Source of the DNA: a virus | IMG/VR virus record: IMGVR_UViG_3300045922_000709 | Coordinates: 1-64,000 of that record | Reading direction: 5' to 3' (one strand) | Length of the DNA stretch: 64,000 bases | Shown: one piece after another, positions 37,601-48,090 of the stretch | Layout of the letters: every line of letters starts with the position of its first letter | Numbering within the stretch: position 1 is the first letter of the stretch | The notes under the pieces: model-generated | What the model saw: the letters and a program-made list of their open reading frames with translations, nothing else | What the model was told of the DNA's origin: nothing | The model's database searches: none | Position numbers and translations under genes: made by a program

Positions 37601-40600
37601 ACTATTTCTTTAATTAAATTAAAATATTGTTCTTTTTTAGATTTAAGTTTTTCATTATTAAAGTTTTGTAAAATAAGAATCATTAGCTGTGTACCAGCTG
37701 TAATTTTAGTTTTACTGTTTTGTGAAATCTCTAATTGATTAAAAAAATACTGTCTTTGTAAAACATCTACATTTTCAGCAACTATTTTTTCAGCAGATTT
37801 TTTAATAAAATTATCAATAGATATTTTTTTATCTAAAGTGGCTTTTTTACCACTACTCATGACAACCCTTACGGACTTAACTTCTTGAAAAGATTTATAT
37901 AAAAATTCAGCATTAGGTTTTCCGTTTTTGCCAATTTCTCCATTAGCGTATTCTAATACAAGATCTAATAAAGATTTATCAGAAGACACTTGTATTTGAT
38001 TAATTTCAATTTCGCTTATTTTATCTAATAAAGGCGATTTACCAAAAATATAAGATAAAGGATAAGCAGACGTTTTAACATAATGAAATTTTGAATCAGA
38101 GCTTGAATAACCAGCATACACCGGTTTATAAGCTTGAAAAACAAAATTTACATTATTTAATAATTTTTGAGCTATTTCTTTTTTACCATGCTTAAATAAT
38201 ATATCAGCACATATAATGTCTAAAAATTCGGTTTTAGATATTTTACCTTCTGCTAAATATATTTTAGCAAATTCAAGTAAACTAACATATTCTTGAGCGT
38301 CTGCTTTTGCTATTTTAGAATATGCTTTAATATTGTCTTTTCTACCCTCTGCTTCTAATCTTTCTTTTACAGTTTCTTTTCCACCTTCGTCTGTGCTATC
38401 TTTTGGAATTTCAATAGGATTTTTATCTAAATCAAATCTTTCATCTATTGGTTCTTCAAGAACAATAGAATAAAATTCAGGATTTTCATAATTACCAATA
38501 GTACCGGGTGCCACTAAAGCAGCATTTCTTTTATTAACTTCTTTCCAAACATTTTCAACAGACTTTAAAAAATCATTTATTTTATTAGTGTCAAATTCGC
38601 TTGTAAATAAAGTAAATAAATTGTCAAATTTTAACTTATTATGAAAAGTTGCAGGGTCTGAAGTAAGCTGTCTAAACTTAGTGTGAAGATATATAAATTT
38701 TCTATTAGTTACATCAGTGTAACCAATGGATTTAAAAATAGCATCAAAATCAGCAGGATTTATCCCGGTTTTTTGAAAATTAACAGTTCCATTTTCAAAA
38801 GTTATCGAACCATCTCTAATTTTCCCCAACAAGGGTGTTGCTTTCTTATATTCTTCTGAAACGTTTGTAGAAACAACACCATTATTTATAGACGGTAATA
38901 ATAATTTACCATTTGCATCAACTCTAACTATATTTAAAATAGGCATCATATAAAAGATTCTTTCTGAATCTTTTAATGTAAAATCAGAGATTCTGGCTAT
39001 TTCTGGCCCAACAATTTCATTCAAAAATGTTTCATAATATTTTTGAGAGTTCATTTTTCTATTAAATTCGTTCACCTCTTCTGCTTTTAATTTTAAAATA
39101 GGTGCCGAAGGTTTATCTGATAAAGCAGGAGGTAAAAAATAAACCTCTTGTCTTGAATCTAATAATCGTCTTGTTAAATCTCTTCTTTGCTCTTTACTTA
39201 ATTCTGTAAATTTATAAACTCGACCGTCAATAGATATAGATGATAAATTTCTATTATCTATATCAAATATACCTAAACTTTCTACAACAGGTGCTCTAAA
39301 TGGATTTTTTAATAATTCTTCTACAAAACTATTAAATGAATTTTTTAATTTAGAAAATATTTCAGATATAAATGTTTTTCTTGAAATATTTTGATATTGT
39401 TTTTGATGTATCCTAGTTGATTGATTTAAAGGAAATAATCCTAATTTAGAAGCTTCATTTAATAACTCAAAATAATTTGGATCTTTAAGTAAAGCTAAAT
39501 CAGTTAAGCTTAAACTAGGATTTTTAACTCTAAAATTACTTAATTTAACTTCAAAACTTAATAATAAATTATTAAGATTTATATTTTTTTCTGCAAGCTT
39601 TCTTTGCAATACTTCAAATTGGTCATCTGTTAAAACAACACCAAATATATTTCTTATATTTAATTTTTGTCCATTTTTAGTAGCTCTTACAAAAGCATTA
39701 ATAAAAGCATTTCTATAATTAATAAAAGTATTATATTTGTTTTCATCATTAAAATATAAAGTGTTTTCTTCTTTAATTGAAACACTACAATGAAATACTT
39801 TTGAATGACTAAATATTTTAATTAAATCATTAGTATAAACATTGTCTTTGTCTTTTTCTACAAAGTATTTAAGAGCAGCTGCCTCAACACTACCATATTG
39901 ACTAACTAAATCTTCAAGCTGAATTAATAATTCATCTTTAGTTTTAGGGCTATTTAAATGAGTTGCTAAATAAACTAAAGCATTTTTATCATCTAAAAAT
40001 AGCTCTAATCCATTTTCTGAAAGAACACCTGTAGTTGCATAATATCGACCATCTTCATATTCAATATTAAAAACAGGTAATCTTTTAAATAAATTTCTTG
40101 TTCTTTTGCTTAAAGATTCAATAAAATCTTTTACAAAATTAACATCTTCTCCAAAAACTTCAGAAGGTTTGGAGTTTTCTCCATCGACCACATCTATTTC
40201 TAATTCTTCTGATTTTTCTTCTTGTGTTTCTGTAGTCAATCCTTCTAATGTTTCTATTTCTTCTAAAGCTTTTTGATCTTCTTTTGCTTGTTCTAAAGCT
40301 TTTAATTTATTTTTAAATAATTCATTATCTTTAATTATATTTAACTGAGCTTGTTTTGCAATAGCTTTTAGATTGTTTTCTTCAAGAATTGCTTTAAGTT
40401 TTATAATATCTAATTCATCAATTTCATCTCTTTCTTCTAATTCTTCTAATTCTCTTAATTTATTTTCGATATTTGTTTTTACATATTCAATAGGATTTTT
40501 TATATTTTTATCTACTGCTAAAATTAAAAATGAAGCAAAAAAATTAGAAGCTTGTTTAAATAGTTCATAATCCAATATATTTGCGTTATCTAAAGAATAA

Positions 40601-43600
40601 CCAATGGTATATTCTTTAAATCCTTGTTCAATAAAATTTTCAAGTTCGGGTGTTATAGGTTGTTCTTGAAAATTACTTATAATGGGTGCAGAACCTAAAG
40701 CAGAAGAATTATCTATAACCGCTTTTCCTTTTCCTTTTCTTTTTCTTTTTTGTTTAATTTCTGGTTCATTTTCATTTTCGTTTTCATTTTCGTTTTGATT
40801 TTCATTTTCGTTTTGATTTTCGTTTTGATTTTCGTTTTGATTTTCGTTTTGATTTTGATTTTGATTTTGATTTTGATTTTCTTGTATCAATTGATCTATT
40901 TTATTTTTAATAAAATTTTCTATTTCAACAATATCTTTTTTATTATTAATATCTTTAGATGCAACTAAAGAAATAGATTCAATTGAGTTTTCTTTTTCAA
41001 TATAAATATTTTTATTATCCCGTAAAGTATATTTATATCCGTTGTAATTATTTTCAATTAAAATATTACTTGATAAATTATTAGTATTGTTGTTAGCAGT
41101 TGTATTAACAGCTACATTAGCGGTATTATTATTATTAGTAGATGTATTATTAGTATTATCATCTAATTCTTCAGATTCATTATATTTAGATTCTGGGTCA
41201 AATTCTTCTAATAATCTTAATGAAATATCGGGATTAAATTTAGATAAAGTGATTAATTTTTTTTGATCCCCTAATGTTTCAATTAAAGAATATGTTAATT
41301 TACTAGAATAAGCACCTGCAATTTCCAAATATTCTTTTAAATTTTTAGCATTTTCTTGATTATATGTATTTCCTTTTTGTAAAACTTGTTGAAAATTAGT
41401 TTCATTTAAGTTAAAATATATAGAATTATTAAGAGATGTAAATAAAGCAGCGACTAATAATTTTTTTGTTTCGTTGTTTGAATTTTCTTCAGGATAATTT
41501 TCTTTAACATATTCATCTATAAAACCCCTAAGACCTTCTGCTTCTTCAAAAGTTTTTTCAGCATATTCTACTATTAAAATATATTTTTCTCCATCTTTAA
41601 TCGATACATTGTTTAAAAAATATTGTAAATGATTTAAAGAATCATCTTTATTTTTAAATTTAAAAATTGAACCTAATGATTCTTTTAAATCTTCATAAGT
41701 AAATACATTGTTTTCATTATCAACTTTAATTGTTAGTTTTCCATCTTCCCATTTTGTTTTAAAATTAAATTTTTTATCGCTATTTATAAGTTTATCTACA
41801 AATTTTATAAAAGGAGATTCTAAATTATTTAAAGGATTATATAATAAAGAATTAAATATATCGTTATTTTGAGCATAAAAATATAATATGTCATAAATTG
41901 GTTTACCATCTTTACTTTCACTTACTTTAATAGGTACTAAAACACCTCTTTTATTATGTGAATATTTTATAATTTGATCTATTAAAGAACCTTGATATCC
42001 TAATTTTTCTAAATATTCTACTGTTAATTTAGTATTTGGCGTAACAGAAATAGCCAAATTAAAAAGAATGTTGGTTCCACTAATTTTAATATTTTTAAGT
42101 TGTTCAATATTCTGATTTTTTTCTATAAAATTCAAACCTAAACTATATGCCGCATCATATCTAAAATCAAAAATAATTCTAGGTTTACCGTTATCAAATT
42201 TAATTGAAAATTTACCTCTGTTTTCTCTAAGTTTAATTATTTTTTCTATTTCGTTTTTGTCTAAACTAATACCTAAAGTTGCCAAAAGATTCAAACTATT
42301 TTTTACAATTTTTGAATACTCTTCGCTAAAATTAGGATTATTTAATGTTTTAACTATAGTTCTTAAATCTTCAAGTTGACCTTCATCTAAAGCTACATTA
42401 AATGCTGCAATATCTCTGCTATCTTCTACTAAATAACCAGAGTTTTTCTTAGTTAAAGCAACTTTAAGTTTATCTCCTGGTTTTAATCCTTTGTTTTTAA
42501 GATGTTTTAATAAAATTTCAGAATTAATTTTATCTTGTTGAATAGTTCTTTCTTGATTTTCATTTTCGCCAGGTAATGGTAAATGACCTATTTTTACACC
42601 TTCTTCATCTACAAAAAATAAATAATCTTTTCCTTTTTCATTTACATATGTTAAATAACAAATAATTTGACCATTACTATGTAGTCTCAATACTTTTAAT
42701 AAATTATTCATTTTTTTAAATAAATAATTTCCACTTTTTAGTAAAGCTTTATTTAAAGAAACATTATTTATAACTTGATTTTCGTTTGTAGAAACAACTA
42801 TTTTAACACCTTGTGCTTCTTCAACATCAGATGGAATTGGCTCTAAATGCAATAAATCTTTGGGTTTGTTAGGATCTTTACTTTTATTAGCATCTAAATT
42901 TTCAGAAGCTTCTACGACAGGAACATAAGCGCGAGCATATTTTTCACCAAATTCATTAAAAAATAAATCAAGTGCTGTTTCTTCAGCTAATTCAGATAAT
43001 GATTTTTTTAATTTTTTAGATTTTTTAGATTTATTTTTAGGTTTTGATTCGCTGTTTTCATTAAATTCATTATTTTCATTATTTTCATTAGATTCATTAT
43101 TTTGATTGTTTTGATTGTTTTGATTAGACTCTTCAGAATCATCTACAGTTTCTTCATTTTCTGATTGCTGTTCTTCATTTATGTTTTCAGCTTTTTTGTT
43201 TTTTCTTTTATTTCTTTTTCTATTTTTTTTGTTTTCTTCTACCGCATCATTAACTTGTTCTTTAGAATTTTTTAATTTTTCTTTTAACTCGTTTATTTGA
43301 GCTTCTAATTCATCGATTTCTTCTGCTAAATTATTTAATTGATTTGATTGATCATTATAATTAGGGTTGTTTGTTGAACCAGCATCTAATAAAATATTTA
43401 ATTCGTCATGCTTTATTTGTTTTTGCTTTTTTAATTTTTCTAAATCATTTATTTGTTGTTGAATAGATATTGGTTCTTGAGCTTTTTCAACAATTTCTTC
43501 ATTAGATTCAGCTTTATCTATATCTTCTTCTTTAATTCCATTTTTATTTAAAACCTCATCTGCTTGTTCTTTTTTAGATTTGTTAAATTTATCTTTGTAT

Positions 43601-45999
43601 TTTGCTGAAAATTCATCAATTTGTTGTTTAAAAAAGTTTTTTCTATCTTGCTCTTTTACTTTTCCTTCTGCTGTTTTTCTTCTAAACCAGTTTTTGAAAT
43701 TACCAATCCAACCTTCTTCCCCATATAAATTTTTAAGTCGATTGCTTAAATTTTCTCTTGCTTTTTTAATTTGAGTATATTTATAATGAGCATTTTTTAA
43801 TTCTTCAAAATTGTCTAAATTAGGTACATTATCTATAATCGGATCGTCTAAATCTGAAATATCTGCTATAATTTCAGCTTTTTCATCATTAGTACCAACT
43901 ATTTTTGATGAAGCTTTTTTAACAGCTTCTTGATATTCTTGTTTTGCTTCTTTAAAATCTCTTTCAATAAGATCTCTTCTTATATTATCTTGAGCATACA
44001 TTAATCTAGCTTTTCTTGTTTCTTCTTCATTTAAATCTTTACTTTTGTCTCCAAATTTTTGATGAGCCGTAGCATAATAATTTTCAAAGTTTTCAAAATC
44101 TCTAATTAATCTTTCAGAAGATTCTTCTAAAATAGGTTTGTTTTCTTCTTTTGCATTATTTGATAATTCACTTAATTGATATTCTAAAAGATCAAGAGCT
44201 TGTCTATCTGAATATTGTTCGTATAAACTTGAATAAATTTCAGATTTTATTTTATATAAAGATTCAAAATCATTATTGTCAATAGCTTCTTTTGCTTGAG
44301 CAAAGAAAATATCATGTTCAATTTGTGATTGTATATATTTTTTAGCAGTTTCTGGAATTACATCAGATTCCCATATATTTTCAATCATTCCCATTAAAAC
44401 TACATTTCTTTCTAATTTTTCTTTTTGAGATAAATTTTTAATAAAATCTGTTTTTAATCCTTCAATTAAATCATAATCTTTTTTAGTTTTTATTCTATCT
44501 GATACACCAGCTATTGCAGATGTAATTGAAGAACCCAATAAACCTTGAAGACCTGCTTCTAAAACTTCAGGATCAGTTGCATAATATAAAGGGGAAAAAA
44601 TACCATGAGCGTATTGATTTTTTCCTGCTTTTTGAATCATTTGCACTAAGCTTTCTTCAAAACTTTCTTTTAAACTTTCACCTACAAAAGTATTTAATCC
44701 TGAAAATGTAGAAGGTTTTAAAACTTTTTGAGATGCCCAATCAACACCATATTTTGCGCCTAATCTTGCGCCAGCTTTAGCATCACCTAAAAGAGAAAAT
44801 AAATTATAATTTAATGCAGTGGTAACAGCAGAAGTTGAAGAGTAAACTAAAGATGCGTTTTTTGCTGCAATTTGTTTGATTTCTTCATCATTATATTTAC
44901 CTTCTGCTGTTAATTTTTCTACAATATTATTATATACTTCTGATGCTGAAGATCTTGCTTCTAAGCTTGCAGCAACCATCGACCCGCTTAAAATATCTTT
45001 ATTTAAATGAGCTTCTTTAATAGCATGTGCAGCATTTGTTTGAACTTTACCTATTTTACCGCCAACATTTAAATTGCCTAATCTAGTAATTTTATTTGCT
45101 ACATCTAATGCTCCAAAAGTAAAAGGATCTTGTACATAATTAGATACACCTTTTGTAGCTTTATTTATTCGACCCATTGCAAGACCCGATGCAACACCGC
45201 CAATAGAACTTGTACCAGCAGAATGAATAGCTCCTGCTATATAACTTTTATCAAATAAATTACTCCATTCTATTCCTTCTTCAGTAAAAACTCTTTTGTT
45301 AGGTACTTTATAACCAGTTATTTCTTCTATATTTGCTCTTTGATCATTTAATGCTTTTGATATATTATAACCACCAATCGATAAATCATAAGGATTATAA
45401 TTAGGATCTGTACTGTATTTTACATTATATTTAGAAGCAGCGTCTAAAAATGCACCTGTTAAAACACTGCCCGCAAGAACATAACCTGCTCTACCAACAC
45501 CTATTTTAAAACCAGCAGCAGCTCCGGGTAAAGCTCCTACGCCACCAAAAAAAGCACCACCTACAGCACCAGCACCTGTATACGTTCCAATTGTAAGTAA
45601 AGCGTTAGATACACCAGCTCCTATATGATCTGGTGTACTTTTCAACAAATCTACAAAAAAATCATCTAATAAGCCGTCATTAATTAATTTAGGTAAATTT
45701 TTAGAAAAATCTACACCCGTTTGACCAATTACAGCAGTTGAAGCTAATCCTTCAGCTGCCATTAAAGCACTGTTTAATACAAAAGAAGAAGCATAACTAG
45801 TTATTTTATCAAATGTAGATTTTTCTTCTTGTTTAACTTTTTCTTTAACAGCATATTCACCAATTCTAGATCTATCTTCTTCTATTTCATCATAACCGCG
45901 TTTACGAGCAGCTTCAATATAAGTACCGTCAAGAAAAGATTTAAGAAGAGCGTGTTTTTCACCTAAAGAAGATGTATCTCTTTCTATTAAATGTCCCAT
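34657..45999 (-). CDS. Giant virion-packaged DNA-dependent RNA polymerase (crAss-like, phi14:2 gp66-type), multidomain
   Basis: RLPTSGLQS and MGADFDIDK (DFDID at 36946-36960); Gly/Ala-rich hydrophobic N-terminus; zincin-like segment near the C-terminus. Confidence 0.88.
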   Translation of the reverse strand: MGHLIERDTSSLGEKHALLKSFLDGTYIEAARKRGYDEIEEDRSRIGEYAVKEKVKQEEKSTFDKITSYASSFVLNSALMAAEGLASTAVIGQTGVDFSKNLPKLINDGLLDDFFVDLLKSTPDHIGAGVSNALLTIGTYTGAGAVGGAFFGGVGALPGAAAGFKIGVGRAGYVLAGSVLTGAFLDAASKYNVKYSTDPNYNPYDLSIGGYNISKALNDQRANIEEITGYKVPNKRVFTEEGIEWSNLFDKSYIAGAIHSAGTSSIGGVASGLAMGRINKATKGVSNYVQDPFTFGALDVANKITRLGNLNVGGKIGKVQTNAAHAIKEAHLNKDILSGSMVAASLEARSSASEVYNNIVEKLTAEGKYNDEEIKQIAAKNASLVYSSTSAVTTALNYNLFSLLGDAKAGARLGAKYGVDWASQKVLKPSTFSGLNTFVGESLKESFEESLVQMIQKAGKNQYAHGIFSPLYYATDPEVLEAGLQGLLGSSITSAIAGVSDRIKTKKDYDLIEGLKTDFIKNLSQKEKLERNVVLMGMIENIWESDVIPETAKKYIQSQIEHDIFFAQAKEAIDNNDFESLYKIKSEIYSSLYEQYSDRQALDLLEYQLSELSNNAKEENKPILEESSERLIRDFENFENYYATAHQKFGDKSKDLNEEETRKARLMYAQDNIRRDLIERDFKEAKQEYQEAVKKASSKIVGTNDEKAEIIADISDLDDPIIDNVPNLDNFEELKNAHYKYTQIKKARENLSNRLKNLYGEEGWIGNFKNWFRRKTAEGKVKEQDRKNFFKQQIDEFSAKYKDKFNKSKKEQADEVLNKNGIKEEDIDKAESNEEIVEKAQEPISIQQQINDLEKLKKQKQIKHDELNILLDAGSTNNPNYNDQSNQLNNLAEEIDELEAQINELKEKLKNSKEQVNDAVEENKKNRKRNKRKNKKAENINEEQQSENEETVDDSEESNQNNQNNQNNESNENNENNEFNENSESKPKNKSKKSKKLKKSLSELAEETALDLFFNEFGEKYARAYVPVVEASENLDANKSKDPNKPKDLLHLEPIPSDVEEAQGVKIVVSTNENQVINNVSLNKALLKSGNYLFKKMNNLLKVLRLHSNGQIICYLTYVNEKGKDYLFFVDEEGVKIGHLPLPGENENQERTIQQDKINSEILLKHLKNKGLKPGDKLKVALTKKNSGYLVEDSRDIAAFNVALDEGQLEDLRTIVKTLNNPNFSEEYSKIVKNSLNLLATLGISLDKNEIEKIIKLRENRGKFSIKFDNGKPRIIFDFRYDAAYSLGLNFIEKNQNIEQLKNIKISGTNILFNLAISVTPNTKLTVEYLEKLGYQGSLIDQIIKYSHNKRGVLVPIKVSESKDGKPIYDILYFYAQNNDIFNSLLYNPLNNLESPFIKFVDKLINSDKKFNFKTKWEDGKLTIKVDNENNVFTYEDLKESLGSIFKFKNKDDSLNHLQYFLNNVSIKDGEKYILIVEYAEKTFEEAEGLRGFIDEYVKENYPEENSNNETKKLLVAALFTSLNNSIYFNLNETNFQQVLQKGNTYNQENAKNLKEYLEIAGAYSSKLTYSLIETLGDQKKLITLSKFNPDISLRLLEEFDPESKYNESEELDDNTNNTSTNNNNTANVAVNTTANNNTNNLSSNILIENNYNGYKYTLRDNKNIYIEKENSIESISLVASKDINNKKDIVEIENFIKNKIDQLIQENQNQNQNQNQNENQNENQNENQNENENQNENENENENEPEIKQKRKRKGKGKAVIDNSSALGSAPIISNFQEQPITPELENFIEQGFKEYTIGYSLDNANILDYELFKQASNFFASFLILAVDKNIKNPIEYVKTNIENKLRELEELEERDEIDELDIIKLKAILEENNLKAIAKQAQLNIIKDNELFKNKLKALEQAKEDQKALEEIETLEGLTTETQEEKSEELEIDVVDGENSKPSEVFGEDVNFVKDFIESLSKRTRNLFKRLPVFNIEYEDGRYYATTGVLSENGLELFLDDKNALVYLATHLNSPKTKDELLIQLEDLVSQYGSVEAAALKYFVEKDKDNVYTNDLIKIFSHSKVFHCSVSIKEENTLYFNDENKYNTFINYRNAFINAFVRATKNGQKLNIRNIFGVVLTDDQFEVLQRKLAEKNINLNNLLLSFEVKLSNFRVKNPSLSLTDLALLKDPNYFELLNEASKLGLFPLNQSTRIHQKQYQNISRKTFISEIFSKLKNSFNSFVEELLKNPFRAPVVESLGIFDIDNRNLSSISIDGRVYKFTELSKEQRRDLTRRLLDSRQEVYFLPPALSDKPSAPILKLKAEEVNEFNRKMNSQKYYETFLNEIVGPEIARISDFTLKDSERIFYMMPILNIVRVDANGKLLLPSINNGVVSTNVSEEYKKATPLLGKIRDGSITFENGTVNFQKTGINPADFDAIFKSIGYTDVTNRKFIYLHTKFRQLTSDPATFHNKLKFDNLFTLFTSEFDTNKINDFLKSVENVWKEVNKRNAALVAPGTIGNYENPEFYSIVLEEPIDERFDLDKNPIEIPKDSTDEGGKETVKERLEAEGRKDNIKAYSKIAKADAQEYVSLLEFAKIYLAEGKISKTEFLDIICADILFKHGKKEIAQKLLNNVNFVFQAYKPVYAGYSSSDSKFHYVKTSAYPLSYIFGKSPLLDKISEIEINQIQVSSDKSLLDLVLEYANGEIGKNGKPNAEFLYKSFQEVKSVRVVMSSGKKATLDKKISIDNFIKKSAEKIVAENVDVLQRQYFFNQLEISQNSKTKITAGTQLMILILQNFNNEKLKSKKEQYFNLIKEIVLKNEAVLKKELGVENIENLAEDSEDFNQLIENLDKKLRDILKKDLNDINALRELELGQSLFESNSWKIFESKILALFSKTIDLKLPGNAAVLLSDDYLDRIDDLQNKNGIYMFDKNKKQLGVNETIIPWDYAYDEKTKRFKPSSDNSAKIKGFEKYLENPEKYNKFLPKEILGFRLPTSGLQSARPQTIVGYLSPIMGNMIICDPTVLVSMGADFDIDKHYYYKVDPSKNNSLSNRLIRTKLKLIKDPNRYHEMFYAIGGGKFAELATELDKAKPASLDPAGLDYQMGLYEDAKAGKTAVGAFSLGVTGFVKFQEAKVYLKPKHHVVIKKANGQNLLFAEFFGEKTIDGTSKRIDVLSQLQNLALDNIKDPKLNTLLIKDATQYICNLLAALGFSEKDIVSTFTDNQALINRYIEKYEKLQDMNMAVEEMMQTENVIPNTNAIIKEENILNAEGKVIGTKYKLDLANFAAIVKLADAYRGTQSVIRPQAKKAGAFVIDNIRQKQDLAKIRNLSKAGQSPFGNIEYLIDNTNDNKTIYEVMNDIVLNLPSKVLRNIIPLYRDNLLSNLESAFKSLGSFKKSLVYFFNVLNGYVYSEAVVGEFKNLKIITDKLNELLPYVRKRHPNNKLLISLELYDEGYYGINNLVKPDKNQIVNDWYSLLMSNDVLDNQFAILLIKSTLMTNATSFGNKTLFPYIPSDYLVYIKNKSYSDFLDFNSPFFKTFVDKFKEIFESKTPTLTLIKEVEKTKEIANPNIIDYLDKLPSYKKNLILELAKFAGIDLRSINLVIDDTLPNSSPGFFDRNSNTITVKGNISAEIFNDILFEEVFHAVTIDNIVNNKATVQKFQSIYNFLIKDLEERKKKGLRITQEQQHVLDYLAQSFAKSPEVGVAEFTAAFFRYNSFRSLMNDVNITKDETYFHRIIKEISDVLKRFIFNKTNDINLAQLFVEEFNSTFLADNIKTSNQVDLTGIARLKALGINIC
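40766..40884 (-). repeat. Hexamer microsatellite encoding a (QN/EN)n linker in RNAP
   Basis: TTTTGA/TTTTCG/TTTTCA units. Confidence 0.85.
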
Positions 46000-46036
46000 T
46001 ATTATTAATTTAAATATAAAATTAAATTAAAAATTA

Positions 46037-48055
46037 TTAATTTGTATCTTCAAAATTTGTTACTAAATTTTTTAAAGCTTCTATTCTTTGTTTTTTATTA
46101 TATGTTAATAATAAACTTTTAATAAAATTTGAAGTTTGTTCATCGCCTATAATTTCAGCAAGTCTTTCTTTTATACCAATTTCAGTATCTTGAAGAGGAA
46201 ATAAAAAATCAATTTCGGAAGCTGATTTAATACCCCCTTTAGAATTAGTGTTAACAATTCCTCCAAAACCTATTATAAAATTATTAGTAACAGGATTGTA
46301 TCTTATTATAAAATTTTTATTTTTTACCGTGTTTTGACGAGAAGTAACATTTCCATCAAATTCATAAGAAAAAGATCTATATATTTCTTTTTCTTTATCA
46401 GTAATTTTATTTTGTGCTTGTTTATTTTCTAAATATGCTTTAGTTTTTTCAAGTAAAGCAGCAACAAGATTTTTATTATTGCTATTATCTGTAGATAAAA
46501 TATAAAAATTAGTGAGTTTATTTAAATGTTTAGCCGCTTTCATATAATATATATCTAAAGCAGTTCCTATTTTTTGATCTTTTTCATCAAATCCTTTTAT
46601 CATTAATTTATGTAAGTTTGCTTTATCAGTTGAATTAAGTGTTTTAACTTGATCCAATATTGGTAATTTTTCTAATCCTTGCGGTATTGTTTGATTTGCT
46701 AAAAAAGCTCTAACAGCTTCAAAATCATTTTTATTGTTGATTACAATATTTTTATATTTTGTTTTTATTTTTTCTTTTAAATTTTTAAAATCTTCACTAT
46801 TAAAAAATTCATTTTTAGCAAAATCTCTAACATGTTCATATAATTCGCGCGGTATAGCACCTTCATCATACCAAATTTTATTATTGTATATACCAAAAGT
46901 ATTAGCATCTATACCATATATATAGTTTTCTTGTTTTTTCTTTTTATCTCCCGAACCACCGCTTTGTTTTGGCCCTTTCATATAAGATTGAGTTACGCTA
47001 ACCGATTTATTATCGTAAGCTTCTAAACCAGCATATGTTTCAATTAAAGATACCAAATAATTATTAGAGTATTTTTTTAATTCCTTTTCAGCTTCGACTT
47101 TTTCTTCTTCATTTTCTGAAAAAAGTTGTAAATATTTAGAAGGATCGTTTTTAAAAAACTCATATTTTGATTTTAAATCAACGGTATCGTAAAATTGACG
47201 ATAAATAGATTTAGCTCCATTACTATTTAAAAAAGAACCGAATTTTTCAGCAAGATATTTTTTAGACTCTGGTAAAGTCATTCCACTAATAGCTGTTTTT
47301 GTTGATTTTAATAAATTTAAATTTTCTATAAAACCTAAACCAGACTGAAAAATTTGTTCATTTCTTATTGGTTTATCATTTACAATTTTTTTAAATTCTT
47401 CAACAGGATTTACAGTGTTTCTAAAAAGACTATCTAATGCTACACCATTATCTACTAATAAATCTAAAGAACCTTCTAAAGATTTAATAGGATTATATCC
47501 TTCTTCTATTCTTTTTTTTACTTTTTCAGCAATAGCAGGATTTGTTAAAATATCCATTATTATTTCAGGAGATTGAGAAAACCTATCTTGCAATTTAGAA
47601 TTTTTAATAGCATCTTCTACATTTTTAACCTTACCTTCTAATTGACCCGCCTGACCAGCCAAACTTTGCATTTTGGCTACAGAAGTTTGAACTTGTAAAG
47701 GGGTTAATTCGCTTTTACTAACTTTATCTATAAGTTCATTTTGAGCCGTGTATAAAGTGTTTAATAAATTATTTCTTTGATTTAATAAACTAGAATTATC
47801 AGTTAAAAGATTAACTCCTTCAATACTTAAAGTTGGTGTTTCTGTAAATTTATATCCACCTAAAACATTACCAAGCTCTTTTAGCATTTTTACATTTTCT
47901 TTATCATTTTCTTCTTTAGCTTTATTTTGAGAAGCATAAACCTTACTTAATGTGCTATATACATATTGTCCTATATCTAATGGTACAATTTCGGGTTGTT
48001 CTTGATCTAATATAGTCCCCTCATTTAATTTAGGGGATTGTCTGTTGGTTCTCAT
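46037..48055 (-). CDS. Virion cargo protein (672 aa)
   Basis: Synteny between cargo-1-like gene and RNAP; helical composition. Confidence 0.65.
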   Translation of the reverse strand: MRTNRQSPKLNEGTILDQEQPEIVPLDIGQYVYSTLSKVYASQNKAKEENDKENVKMLKELGNVLGGYKFTETPTLSIEGVNLLTDNSSLLNQRNNLLNTLYTAQNELIDKVSKSELTPLQVQTSVAKMQSLAGQAGQLEGKVKNVEDAIKNSKLQDRFSQSPEIIMDILTNPAIAEKVKKRIEEGYNPIKSLEGSLDLLVDNGVALDSLFRNTVNPVEEFKKIVNDKPIRNEQIFQSGLGFIENLNLLKSTKTAISGMTLPESKKYLAEKFGSFLNSNGAKSIYRQFYDTVDLKSKYEFFKNDPSKYLQLFSENEEEKVEAEKELKKYSNNYLVSLIETYAGLEAYDNKSVSVTQSYMKGPKQSGGSGDKKKKQENYIYGIDANTFGIYNNKIWYDEGAIPRELYEHVRDFAKNEFFNSEDFKNLKEKIKTKYKNIVINNKNDFEAVRAFLANQTIPQGLEKLPILDQVKTLNSTDKANLHKLMIKGFDEKDQKIGTALDIYYMKAAKHLNKLTNFYILSTDNSNNKNLVAALLEKTKAYLENKQAQNKITDKEKEIYRSFSYEFDGNVTSRQNTVKNKNFIIRYNPVTNNFIIGFGGIVNTNSKGGIKSASEIDFLFPLQDTEIGIKERLAEIIGDEQTSNFIKSLLLTYNKKQRIEALKNLVTNFEDTN

Positions 48056-48084
48056 AAAAAAATAGGAGTTTATTAACCCCTATT
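48056..48084 (-). terminator. Terminator-like hairpin after the 2307-aa gene
   Basis: Minus strand AATAGGGGTT-AATA-AACTCCTATT followed by a T-run. Confidence 0.55.
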
Positions 48085-48090
48085 CTACGA

